From: an uncultured Eubacteriales bacterium
GTDB taxonomy: Bacteria > Actinomycetota > Coriobacteriia > Anaerosomatales > JAAXUF01
Direction: 5' to 3'
Assembly (NCBI GenBank): GCA_964541375.1
Contig: CAZIPT010000001.1
Coordinates: 14,507-78,506, forward strand
Length of the DNA stretch: 64,000 nucleotides
The notes below the pieces were generated by a model. The model ran no database searches. It saw nothing but the letters and a program-made list of their open reading frames with translations, and was not told where the DNA came from. Numbering within the stretch: position 1 is the first letter of the stretch; each line of letters opens with the position of its first letter. Positions 43,685 through 52,625 of this stretch are shown here, one piece after another. The position numbers were made by a program, and so were the translations under genes.

Positions 43685-45148
43685 CTAGCTCGCCGACTTG
43701 GCGTCACCGGGCTTCTCGGCAGGTACGGCGTCGAGGGCCGTCTCGGGACGCGGCCGGCCGAAGAACGTCACGGCGGTCACCCAGATGATCACGAACACGA
43801 TGAGCCAGATGATCGTCCAGATGCTCTTGGTCGGAGTGACGAGCAGCATTGCAACGGCGAGTATGATGCCCGTGGTCCGCATGCCCGATTCGTGGTCGTG
43901 AATCCACTGCCCGACCACGCCGAAGTCCCAATCGGGGCCGATGTTGTTCAGGCCATGTCGGAATCCACCACGAAGCGACGTGGCCCACTTGCTAGGTCCG
44001 GCGAGAATCGCGCCGACAATGAACACCAGGCCGATGAATGACGCGATCTGGTTGGCTGTCACGAGGTACCGGAAGATGATCGTGTACGCAGCTTGCGCGG
44101 CTCCTGTCGGCATCTTGGCTAGTTGCAGGGCCGCGTTGGCGAACGGAATCTGACCCAGGTAGATGGCCTGAACCGGGATCACGGTCAGCAGGACGATTCC
44201 GATGCCCATCCAGAGCACGGCCTTGCGACGATTGGCCGCAATTGCGATTCCGCCGCCCAATAGCACGATCGCCATCAACGGGAGAATCCACGCCATCGCA
44301 TTCATCAGCTGGATCAGGTAGCCCAGCTGCGCGAGCGCAGGCGAATCCACGATGGTGATCTGCTGCTGCGAAACCGGAATCGGGATGTTGTTGATGAACC
44401 CCAGGCCTTTGTCGGTCAGGGCCTGCTTGACCTCGGTTATCAGCGCGCTCACGTCCAGGGTGACCGTGCCGCCCTGTTTGGTGATGACCCCTGTGGACTT
44501 GTCTGAGATAGCGGCGATAAAGGCCTTGTGCGTCAGGCGGAGCGTCTTCTCCCAGACCACGGCGAACTGCGGTGAGCGTGTGAATTTGACCGCCGACTCG
44601 CTGATGAAGTTCTGGATGGCGTTGGTGATGGGGGTGGTCAGCAGCAGGAGCTGCGGCGGCAGCGGCTTGGTAGCCAGGGCGTCGGCCACGTACTGCTGGA
44701 TGTTCACGTTGGCGAAGATCGCATCTGCTGTGGACTTGGCTACATAGTCTTGGACAGCAGTGTTCTGCGCGAGCGGCGCCATGGTGTCCACCCAGCGGTT
44801 CTCGTCCATGATCGTTCGGTTGAGCCACAGCGCCGAGATGGCGAGCGACACCAAGAACACGCCAATGACGATCAGCAGCCCGGCGGCGGCGTTGCGCCAG
44901 AACGTGTGGGGCGACTTCGCCGAGGCGAGCTCGGCGTTTTCGGCTCGGAGCCGCTCGACTTCTGCCTGCAGATCCTCGGAGTCGTCGGCGGTGGCCGACG
45001 ATTTGTCCGCGGCCTTCTCGGCAGACATGGTTGCCGGCTTCTCGGCAGGCTTGTCGTGCCCTGCCGCAGACTTGATGGCTTCAGACGGCTTCTCTGATTC
45101 GGTATCCCGAGTCTCCTCGGGGTTCGAACCTGGCGATGAGTCGCTCAT
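43685..45148 (-). CDS. large integral membrane protein, function unknown
   Basis: Start was moved to ATG 45148 (GGGAGGGG upstream). An acidic, low-complexity N-terminus with a coiled-coil segment (LQAEVERLRAENAEL) comes first. A TM helix, a large loop and then several more TM helices follow. Confidence 0.6.
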   Translation of the reverse strand: MSDSSPGSNPEETRDTESEKPSEAIKSAAGHDKPAEKPATMSAEKAADKSSATADDSEDLQAEVERLRAENAELASAKSPHTFWRNAAAGLLIVIGVFLVSLAISALWLNRTIMDENRWVDTMAPLAQNTAVQDYVAKSTADAIFANVNIQQYVADALATKPLPPQLLLLTTPITNAIQNFISESAVKFTRSPQFAVVWEKTLRLTHKAFIAAISDKSTGVITKQGGTVTLDVSALITEVKQALTDKGLGFINNIPIPVSQQQITIVDSPALAQLGYLIQLMNAMAWILPLMAIVLLGGGIAIAANRRKAVLWMGIGIVLLTVIPVQAIYLGQIPFANAALQLAKMPTGAAQAAYTIIFRYLVTANQIASFIGLVFIVGAILAGPSKWATSLRGGFRHGLNNIGPDWDFGVVGQWIHDHESGMRTTGIILAVAMLLVTPTKSIWTIIWLIVFVIIWVTAVTFFGRPRPETALDAVPAEKPGDAKSAS

Positions 45149-45356
45149 GGTTTCCCCTCCCACACTGCCGCACGTCGCGTCCGTTGGAACCGCGTGTAAC
45201 CCCCGCGACTTCCAAGTACCTATTATTCCCAAGTGGCCGAGCTTCCCACCCGCCGAGCCCTGCACTGCTGATTGCCAGTAGCCAGTCAATCACCGACACT
45301 TTCGCGCATAGGCTGTTTGCACATCGGCGCCGGGGGCGCGGGGAGGACCGCTGACC

Positions 45357-45752
45357 ATGTGGTGGAGGATTCTGTTCCGGTGGCTGATCACGGCGATCGC
45401 GGTCGCCGCCGCCGTACTGCTCATTCCGGGCATCACGGTCACCCAGGATTCGAACACGATTGTCGCGATAGTGGCGGTGGGTGCACTTCTTGCGGCGATC
45501 AACGTGTTCATCCGTCCGATCCTGCAGTTCCTGTCGTGCGGATGCATCATCGCCACGCTGGGACTTTTCACGTTCGTCATCAACGCTGGCACCCTATGGC
45601 TCTCATCTTGGGTGGCTCAGAACTGGTTCGGGATCGGCTTCAAGGTCGACGGCTTCTGGCCCGCGTTCTGGGGCGGTCTGGTGATCAGCTTCGTGAGCTT
45701 CCTGCTGTCGATCTTCATCCCCGAGCCCCAAGACGACCGAGGTGTCGAGTAG
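45357..45752 (+). CDS. phage-holin-family (4-TMS, superfamily IV) membrane protein
   Basis: The product contains MWWRILFRWLITAIAVAAAVLLIPGITV...RPILQFLSCGCIIATLGLFTFVINAGTLWLSSW...GFKVDGFWPAFWGGLVISFVSFLLS. This matches my memory of PF04020. Confidence 0.7.
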   Translation: MWWRILFRWLITAIAVAAAVLLIPGITVTQDSNTIVAIVAVGALLAAINVFIRPILQFLSCGCIIATLGLFTFVINAGTLWLSSWVAQNWFGIGFKVDGFWPAFWGGLVISFVSFLLSIFIPEPQDDRGVE

Positions 45753-45877
45753 GCCCGATTCTCGGCCCCGATACCGCCATCGTGTTCGTCGCCGATTGAT
45801 ACAACACGCGAGCGGCTGGGCAACATACCTTCGGGGCGCGACGCCCTAACCCGTTCACCGAGCCCTGAGGAGGCACC

Positions 45878-46375
45878 ATGGCAGAGTCTGAGAACATCAT
45901 CGGATACGCGGGCGTGTACGCCGATGTCGAGGACGCGAAGGCGGACTTCGAGATGATCAAGGCGGCCCACCGCGAGAAGTGGATCGGCACCTACGACGCA
46001 GCACTCTTTGAGAAGACCGCGGACGGCAAGGTCAAGGTGCTCAACACCGATGCAACCCAGCGCAAGGACGGCGCCGCGGTCGGCGCCATCGTGGGCGGCA
46101 TCCTCGGCGTGATCTTCCCGCCGAGCATCCTCGTTTCCGCCGCAGTGGGCGCGGGCGCTGGTGCCGCCGTCGGAAACCTGACCAAGGGTTGGATGAGCGG
46201 CGACATCAAGAAGGTCGCCGACGAGCTCGAGCCGGGCGAAGCCGGCGTCATCCTAGTCGCTGACGCCACCTTCGATGCGGGCGCCGAGAGGCTCATGAAG
46301 CGCGCGAAGAAGATGGCGAAGCAGGAAGTCGACGCGCAGGCCAAGGACGTCAAGGCCGCCATCGACGAGATGTAG
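45878..46375 (+). CDS. DUF1269-like glycine-zipper membrane protein (paralogue 1)
   Basis: The N-terminal module is IIGYAGVYADVEDAKADFEMIK...DAALFEKTADGKVKV. The central glycine zipper is GAAVGAIVGGILGVIFPPSILVSAAVGAGAGAAVG. The C-terminal module is GEAGVILVADATFD. SD GAGGAGG is present. Confidence 0.7.
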   Translation: MAESENIIGYAGVYADVEDAKADFEMIKAAHREKWIGTYDAALFEKTADGKVKVLNTDATQRKDGAAVGAIVGGILGVIFPPSILVSAAVGAGAGAAVGNLTKGWMSGDIKKVADELEPGEAGVILVADATFDAGAERLMKRAKKMAKQEVDAQAKDVKAAIDEM

Positions 46376-46411
46376 GCTCTCTGCCGACATCCCGAACCGC
46401 AAGAGCAAACC

Positions 46412-46441
46412 GAGAGGCCGCCCAACCGGGCGGCCTCTCTT
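46412..46441. terminator. bidirectional intrinsic terminator between DUF1269 gene and M20 peptidase
   Basis: GAGAGGCCGCCC-AACC-GGGCGGCCUCUC is a perfect 12-bp stem. It is followed by UU on the plus strand and by GGUUUGCUCUUG on the minus strand. Confidence 0.7.
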
Positions 46442-46469
46442 CACACTATGCGGATTCGGGCCGCCGACG

Positions 46470-47816
46470 CTATGCGCCCGCGCCCGCGAGCTTCTCGATC
46501 AGCAGCGCCTGCGCGACGATCATGCGCTCGATCTCGTCGGGGTGAACGCTCTCGTTGGCCCCGTGGATATTCGCGGGTGCGTCCTCGGCGCCCAAGAGGA
46601 TGAACTCGGCACCCGGGGACGCCTTCATGAGCGTCTCGAGGAGCGGGATCGATCCGCCGCTGCCGACCTCCGAGACATCTTTGCCGTACGCCTCGGCGAG
46701 CGCCGCGCGCGCGGCCTCGACTCCGGGACCGCCGCTGGGCGCGAGAAACGCGTCGGACGCCTTCACGCGCGTGACGTCCACGTGGACGCCCCAGGGTGCG
46801 GCTGCTCTGAGGAAGTCCATGAGCTGCGCGAGTTCGTGCTCGGGGTCGGCGCCCGGTGCGATGCGCATCGCGACCTTGGCGCGGGCCGTCGGCAGGAGCA
46901 CGTTGCCCGCCTCGGCCACGCTCGGCGCGTCGATACCGATGACGCTGATGCACGGCTTGCTCCACAGCTTGGTGCCCACGGTGCCGTCGCCGATGATCTC
47001 GACGCCATCGAGCATTGCGGCCATCTGTCGGTAGAGCGGCTCGGGGTACTCGGCACCGGGCCAGTCGAAAGCCTTGAGTCCGGGGACTGCGCAGTTGCCG
47101 CGGTCGTCCTGCAGCGTCGCGAGCATGCGGATGAGCGCCATGAGCGCGTCGGGCGCCGGGCCGCCGAAGACGCCGGAGTGCAGTGGGTGGTCGACTGTGT
47201 CGACCTCGACGATGCATTGCACGTGTCCGCGCAGCATGGTTGTGAGCACCGGCTCGCCGCACTCGATGTTGCCCATGTCGGCGATGATCATGACGTCGGC
47301 CTTGAAGCGCTCGGGGTACTTGGCCACGTAGTCCTCGAGATGGGACAGCGTCTCCTCCTCACCTTCCAGAATGAGCTTGATGCCCACGGGCGGCTTGCCA
47401 TCGAAGACCCGCAGCGTTCCCGCGTGGATAGCGACGCCGCTCTTGTCGTCGGCGGCTCCTCGACCGTAGTAGCGACCGTCGTCCTTCTTGGTGAGCGTCC
47501 ACGGATCGGTGGTCCAGCCCTGATCCATCGGAGCCGGCTGCACGTCGTAGTGCCCGTAGAGCAGCACGGTCGGCGCGCCGTCGGGTGCGGGGAGCTCTCC
47601 CCACACCGCGGGGTAGCCGCCGCCTTCGAGGTCGAGCTCGCCCGCCTCGAACCCGGAGCGCTTGAGGATGTCGATCACCGTCGCGCGAGCAGCGTTGACC
47701 GGCTCCGGCGGGAACCCCGGAAACGCGCACGAAGCGTTGCCGACGAGTACACCGAGGTCGGCCATGACCTGCGGCATCATCTCCGCGACCTTGCTGCGAA
47801 TCTCAGTGGTGTCCAT
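46470..47816 (-). CDS. M20-family dipeptidase / metallopeptidase
   Basis: The blocks LLYGHYDVQP and GRGAADDKSG are present. The metal-ligand pattern LILEGEEE is present. The size of 448 aa fits the family. Confidence 0.85.
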   Translation of the reverse strand: MDTTEIRSKVAEMMPQVMADLGVLVGNASCAFPGFPPEPVNAARATVIDILKRSGFEAGELDLEGGGYPAVWGELPAPDGAPTVLLYGHYDVQPAPMDQGWTTDPWTLTKKDDGRYYGRGAADDKSGVAIHAGTLRVFDGKPPVGIKLILEGEEETLSHLEDYVAKYPERFKADVMIIADMGNIECGEPVLTTMLRGHVQCIVEVDTVDHPLHSGVFGGPAPDALMALIRMLATLQDDRGNCAVPGLKAFDWPGAEYPEPLYRQMAAMLDGVEIIGDGTVGTKLWSKPCISVIGIDAPSVAEAGNVLLPTARAKVAMRIAPGADPEHELAQLMDFLRAAAPWGVHVDVTRVKASDAFLAPSGGPGVEAARAALAEAYGKDVSEVGSGGSIPLLETLMKASPGAEFILLGAEDAPANIHGANESVHPDEIERMIVAQALLIEKLAGAGA

Positions 47817-47844
47817 ACGGGGACTCCGATCTCAAGCGAGGGAC

Positions 47845-49191
47845 TTAGACCACGAACATGCTGATGACCATTCCGACTCCGACCGCCACGACCGTGCACA
47901 CCAGCAGCGGAATCATGAACGAGTGGTTGACGACCGCCTTGCCGATCTTGGTGCTCCCGGTCTGGTCGACGGCGACCGCGGCGAGCTGCGTGCCGTTGGC
48001 CGGCAGGAACAGGACACCGGACACGGCCTGCCACATGGCCACGATCGCACCGACGCTGAGAGCCGGAATCCCCAGGGCGATCGGTACGAGCGTTCGCGTG
48101 GTCGCTGACTGGCTTGTGGTCAGCGCCGCCAGCACGAAGACCGCAAACGCGAACGTGAGTGGAATCGCCGTCACCACGTTCGAGAGCGCCGCGTTGATGG
48201 CGGCCTGGTGGGCACTGACGAACGTGTCCGCGAGCCAAGCGATTCCGAACAGCGCGAGCAGCGCGATGATTCCGGCACCGAAGACCTGCTGGCCAGCGAT
48301 GTCGCCGACCTTTGCGTCGCAGAAGATGAGTATCAGCAGCGCGACCGTGAACATGATGATCTGGATGGCGGACGTGGTATCCAGCGGCGCCATCGCGCCG
48401 CCCTCTCCTGAGGGCACCATCTTCTGCATCCAGGGAATGGCCCCGGTGGCGACGATCATCACGACGCCGGCGAGGAAGATGTACGCCGACAACGCCGAGC
48501 CCTTCTTCAGCGGCTTCTCGGGTTCGTTGCTGGTCGACTTGGGCGGCTGCACGAGCCCGTCCTTGAGCCGCTGCTGGTAGATGGGGTCCTCGGAAAGCGG
48601 CTTGCCGATGAAGTTCTGCACGAGCGCGGTCACGACGATCGCGACGAGCGATGCCGGAATAGTGATCGCCAGAATCTGGGGCAGGCCGACTCCCTTCGCA
48701 ACGGTCAGCGTCAGCATCGCAGCCATTGCCGCCGAGACCGGGCTCGAGGTGATGCCGAGCGCGTTCGCGACGGTCGACACGGCGAGTGGTCGCTCGGGCC
48801 GGATGTCGTTCTCGTAGCTGACCTCGTAGATGACCGGAATCAACGGATAGAAGATGTTGGAGGTGCCCGCTCCCACCGTGAAGATGTAGCTCACCATCGG
48901 CGCAATGATGGTGATCTGCTTGGGGTTCTTGCGGATGATCTTGGTCGCGAGGCGCACCAGATAGTCGATGCCTCCTGCCGCCTGCATTGCGGCAGCCGCG
49001 GTGATGACCGCGAGGATGATGAGCATCGCCGAGATGGGCGGTTGTCCCGGCGCCAGGCCGAACACGAACACGAGCACACCGACCCCGACGACACCCCAGA
49101 TGCCGAGGCCCATGCCGCCCATCCGCACGCCCATGACGATGGCGCCCATGACGACCAGAAGCTCGAGCACGATTGAGATACTCACAGCCAT
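47845..49191 (-). CDS. anaerobic C4-dicarboxylate transporter, DcuA/DcuB family
   Basis: Start was moved to ATG 49191. The N-terminus aligns with remembered E. coli Dcu sequence (LGIWGVVGVGVLVF..., AAMQAAGGIDYLV, NPKQITIIAPMVSYIFTVGAGTSNI). It lies 28 nt upstream of the M20 peptidase gene. Confidence 0.85.
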   Translation of the reverse strand: MAVSISIVLELLVVMGAIVMGVRMGGMGLGIWGVVGVGVLVFVFGLAPGQPPISAMLIILAVITAAAAMQAAGGIDYLVRLATKIIRKNPKQITIIAPMVSYIFTVGAGTSNIFYPLIPVIYEVSYENDIRPERPLAVSTVANALGITSSPVSAAMAAMLTLTVAKGVGLPQILAITIPASLVAIVVTALVQNFIGKPLSEDPIYQQRLKDGLVQPPKSTSNEPEKPLKKGSALSAYIFLAGVVMIVATGAIPWMQKMVPSGEGGAMAPLDTTSAIQIIMFTVALLILIFCDAKVGDIAGQQVFGAGIIALLALFGIAWLADTFVSAHQAAINAALSNVVTAIPLTFAFAVFVLAALTTSQSATTRTLVPIALGIPALSVGAIVAMWQAVSGVLFLPANGTQLAAVAVDQTGSTKIGKAVVNHSFMIPLLVCTVVAVGVGMVISMFVV

Positions 49192-49319
49192 CCTCCCCCC
49201 GCCGGATACCGTCCTCGCGCCGACGACCAAGGTCGATCAGCAGGGCCCAGAGGGCGCGGACACGGCTACTGCCAAAGAATGGATACCCCTTTTGGCACAG
49301 GCTCCCAACAGGTGCAGAG

Positions 49320-51050
49320 CTATACGGCGCTGGTGCCCCTCGACTTCAGCCAGGCCTCGGCGTCGGTGACCGCTTCGTCCACTGCCGCCATCAGCACGGG
49401 CTGCGCCGGGTATATGTGGTCCCGGCCGACAGCATCGGCGGCGCCGGTCCGCTCCAGCTGGTCTAGAAGCGCAGGCCCGATGCCGACGAGAGCAAGGTAG
49501 CCTCCACCCTCGGCGACCTGCGCGCTGTAGCGACGGATGAGCTCGAGGAAGGTGCTGCCCACGTCGGCCCGCCCGCGGAGTCTGAGCACGACCACGGCGT
49601 CGTGCGCCCCGATCGCGTCCGGGAGCAGGCGATCGATCACGTCGGTTCCGGCGTAGAAGACGCTGCCGTACACGTCGAGCACGGTCACCGAGTCGTCGAA
49701 CAGCTTCGTGGGCGCCTCGCCTTCGACATACCGCCCTTGGTCGTCCCGGGTCAGCGCCACGACGCGCGCGTCCAGCGACGAGCTGAAGGTGTGCTGCACG
49801 ACCGACAGCGCGACGCCGATGAGAACGGCATACTGCACCGGGACGACCAGCGTTCCGATGAAGGTGACCAGCATGATGGTTCGAGTCGGCACGCTTGTCT
49901 GCCACACGGCGCGGATGGCGGGCGCGTCGATCGCACGAACGCCGATGACGATCAGCATCGCGCCGAGCGCGGCCCGGGGAATCAGCTCGACAGCCGGCGC
50001 CAGCACGAGCAGCACCACGGCGATGATCGGCCCGATAATGAAGTTCGCCGCGCGGTGCCTGCCACCGAGCTGTACGTTGAGTGCGGTGCTTGAGAGCGAC
50101 GCCCCCACCGGCATTCCGCCAAACAGCGACGCGGCGGCGTTACCGGCGCCTTGCCCGATGAAGTCGCGGTTGATGTTGGAGTAGACGCCGCCGGGGTTAG
50201 GAACCGCCTTGCTGATGCCGGCTCCCTGAATCAGCCCCACGATCGCCACCGAGAGCGCCGGCACAAGAAGGTTGACGAGCCCGCCCACCTGAGGAAGAAC
50301 GAACTTGGGCAGTGCCGAGGGAATCGAGGCTGTGTCGCCCACCATCGCCGTGCCGACGCCCGCAACATTGACGACGAGCGTCGACACCACAAGTGCGATC
50401 GGGAAGGCGAACGCGGAGAGCCTCGTTCGCCCGATGCCGAGGATGATCCCTACTGTCAGGAGTGCCACCAGAACGGTTGGAACGCTGATCGACGAGGGGT
50501 GGAGCACGGTGTCCACCAGCCGCATGGTCTTGTTGCCGAGTGCACTCTTGTAGCCGGTCACGTCACTGACCTGCGACAGGATGATGTTGATCGCGACGCC
50601 AGTAAGGAATCCGCGCATCACGGAATTCGAGACGAAGCGGACCAACGTACCGGCCTTCAAGAGGCCCAACACAATCTGAATGATCCCGACGAGCAGCGTG
50701 AGCGAGATCAGGGCAACGGCGCGTTGATCGGCGGGCACACCACTCAGTGCATCGGCGACCACCAGCGCCATCGACCCGGTCACGGCAACCGTCATCAGCT
50801 TCGAGCTCGTCGTGAGCGAGGCGACCGGCGTTCCGATCACGAGCGAGTACAGCCCGTGAATCGGATTCAGGCCGGCGAGCGTGGCGTTGGCCATGGCGTC
50901 GGGGATGTTGGCGATGGCGTTGGTGAAACCGGCGATGAAGTCCCGTCCCGTGACCCCCCGCACCGAACCGGGAAGCAGCTCTACCGCAGCTGCGGCGTTC
51001 TCAATGAGGGCCTCGGCCCTGGAGGTCTTGGGTGTGATCGTCTCGCCCAC
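49320..51050 (-). CDS. SulP-family anion transporter with C-terminal STAS domain
   Basis: The GTG start follows AAGGAG. The block FIAGFTNAIANIPDAMANATLAGLNPIHGLY is present. The C-terminal STAS-like part reads VTVLDVYGSVFYAGTD...VVVLRLRG. Confidence 0.85.
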   Translation of the reverse strand: MGETITPKTSRAEALIENAAAAVELLPGSVRGVTGRDFIAGFTNAIANIPDAMANATLAGLNPIHGLYSLVIGTPVASLTTSSKLMTVAVTGSMALVVADALSGVPADQRAVALISLTLLVGIIQIVLGLLKAGTLVRFVSNSVMRGFLTGVAINIILSQVSDVTGYKSALGNKTMRLVDTVLHPSSISVPTVLVALLTVGIILGIGRTRLSAFAFPIALVVSTLVVNVAGVGTAMVGDTASIPSALPKFVLPQVGGLVNLLVPALSVAIVGLIQGAGISKAVPNPGGVYSNINRDFIGQGAGNAAASLFGGMPVGASLSSTALNVQLGGRHRAANFIIGPIIAVVLLVLAPAVELIPRAALGAMLIVIGVRAIDAPAIRAVWQTSVPTRTIMLVTFIGTLVVPVQYAVLIGVALSVVQHTFSSSLDARVVALTRDDQGRYVEGEAPTKLFDDSVTVLDVYGSVFYAGTDVIDRLLPDAIGAHDAVVVLRLRGRADVGSTFLELIRRYSAQVAEGGGYLALVGIGPALLDQLERTGAADAVGRDHIYPAQPVLMAAVDEAVTDAEAWLKSRGTSAV

Positions 51051-51164
51051 TAAGTACTCCTTGATGGAATCAGTCGCACCCCATTGAGTCTCGCGCGGGC
51101 GCGGGCGTCAGCCGAGCGCAACGTCGGCCGGCGGGTCTGTCAACGTACGCCGACCTTCCCCATC

Positions 51165-52625
51165 TTACAGTCCGGTCTGGACCTGAAGCCGCCCGGAGTC
51201 GCAGGCGGCCTTGAACGCTTCGTAGTCCACCTGGTTCTGATCGGCGTACGCCGCCGAGAAGTCCGCGATTGCCTTGTCGAAAGATGCTCCCGAACCGAGG
51301 TAGGCGGCAATCGCAATCCGGTCACCCGAGCGAGCGTGGGCGCGCGCCAGCGTCCAACCGCACATCTGGGCGTACACCCGCATGGCTTTCGGCGAGAACG
51401 AGTCGATTTCGGCCGAGGCCTTCCAGTCCCAAAGCTGGCGCACGTAGAAGTCACGCTTCACGCCGTCGACACCGGTTGCTGCTATCCAGCCGAGGAAGAT
51501 GTCACTCGAAGCCTGCATCAGCCGCTGGCCTTCCACCACGCGCTGGCCGTGGTTCTTGAACGCACTAACGCCGACGAACGCCTCGAGGACCGACGCATCG
51601 GCCTCCTTGACCTGCAGGAACAACGGATCCTGATCGTCTCGACCCAGCATCAGGAGAATCCACGCGCGGGTCCCGACACTGCCCACGCCGACGACCTTGC
51701 GGGCCATCTCGACGAAGCGAAAGCGCTCCACCAGGACTCGGCGGTCGTTCTGAAGGCTCGCGCGGTACTGCCGAAGGAGCCGCCTGATCGAGTTGTTGAG
51801 CTTCTTGGCCTCCAGCTCGCAGAACAGTTCGGAGACCGGCACGACCAACGGTGGACTGCTGGTGATCCTTGGCTCACCATCCACGAGATGGGTCAGCTTC
51901 CGCAAAGCCCTCATGCTGTCCTTGGCATGGGCCTTCGCCAGGTTCTGCTCAAGATTCTTGGTCCGCTTCGCGCCCACCACCTTCTGGATCTGCGGGAGCA
52001 GTGCCTCGACGTCGAGATGAGAGTTCCACACGTCCAGATCCCGCATCTCCGCGAAGTTGTTCATCGCCTCGCGGTAGTAGCGCACAACGTCCAAGACCAC
52101 GGCCCGACGCTCTGACTCCGAGAACTCCCTGTCGCGTCCTGCAATCTCAAAGCTTGCCGCGAGGCGCTTGACATCCCACTCCCACGGCCCGGGAAGGGTC
52201 TCATCGAAGTCGTTGATGTCGAAGACCATACGGCGCTCGGGCGAGGCGAAGCCGCCGAAGTTCGACAGATGGGCGTCCCCGCAGAGCTGGACCGTCAGAC
52301 CTGAGACCGGCGTCTGTGCGAGATCCGAAGCCATGATGTAGGCGCCACCGCGGTAGAAGGTGAATGGCGAAACGAGCATGCGCCCATACCGGATGGGCAC
52401 CAGCTCAGGCACGCGCGCAGCAGACTGCTGTTCCAGGAGATCGACCGGGTTGGGCCTCTTGGCTGATGGGACCCACGCACCGTGGCTTGTGCGCGGCACT
52501 TCTGCACGGGCGGCCTTACCCCGCGCAACATGTTCGGCTTCTGTGAGGTGAACCAGTTCGCGCCGCGAAGATCGTCTCGGCGTCTGAGCGACCACTCTCG
52601 GCGCTGTCTTTGGCTGGCTCATCAT
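51165..52625 (-). CDS. DUF2252-family protein
   Basis: Start was moved to ATG 52625 (AAGGAG upstream; it overlaps the antiporter stop as ATGA). The blocks RYGRMLVSPFTFYRGGA, CGDAHLSNFG and FDINDFDE are present. Confidence 0.75.
   Translation of the reverse strand: MMSQPKTAPRVVAQTPRRSSRRELVHLTEAEHVARGKAARAEVPRTSHGAWVPSAKRPNPVDLLEQQSAARVPELVPIRYGRMLVSPFTFYRGGAYIMASDLAQTPVSGLTVQLCGDAHLSNFGGFASPERRMVFDINDFDETLPGPWEWDVKRLAASFEIAGRDREFSESERRAVVLDVVRYYREAMNNFAEMRDLDVWNSHLDVEALLPQIQKVVGAKRTKNLEQNLAKAHAKDSMRALRKLTHLVDGEPRITSSPPLVVPVSELFCELEAKKLNNSIRRLLRQYRASLQNDRRVLVERFRFVEMARKVVGVGSVGTRAWILLMLGRDDQDPLFLQVKEADASVLEAFVGVSAFKNHGQRVVEGQRLMQASSDIFLGWIAATGVDGVKRDFYVRQLWDWKASAEIDSFSPKAMRVYAQMCGWTLARAHARSGDRIAIAAYLGSGASFDKAIADFSAAYADQNQVDYEAFKAACDSGRLQVQTGL

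Noticed and set aside
49291-49310. TTTGGCAC at 49291-49298 as the -24 element of a sigma-54 promoter.
   Set aside because: No TTGC -12 element lies at the correct spacing. No plus-strand gene lies downstream. The sequence is better explained as one arm of the TGCCAAA/TTTGGCA palindrome.
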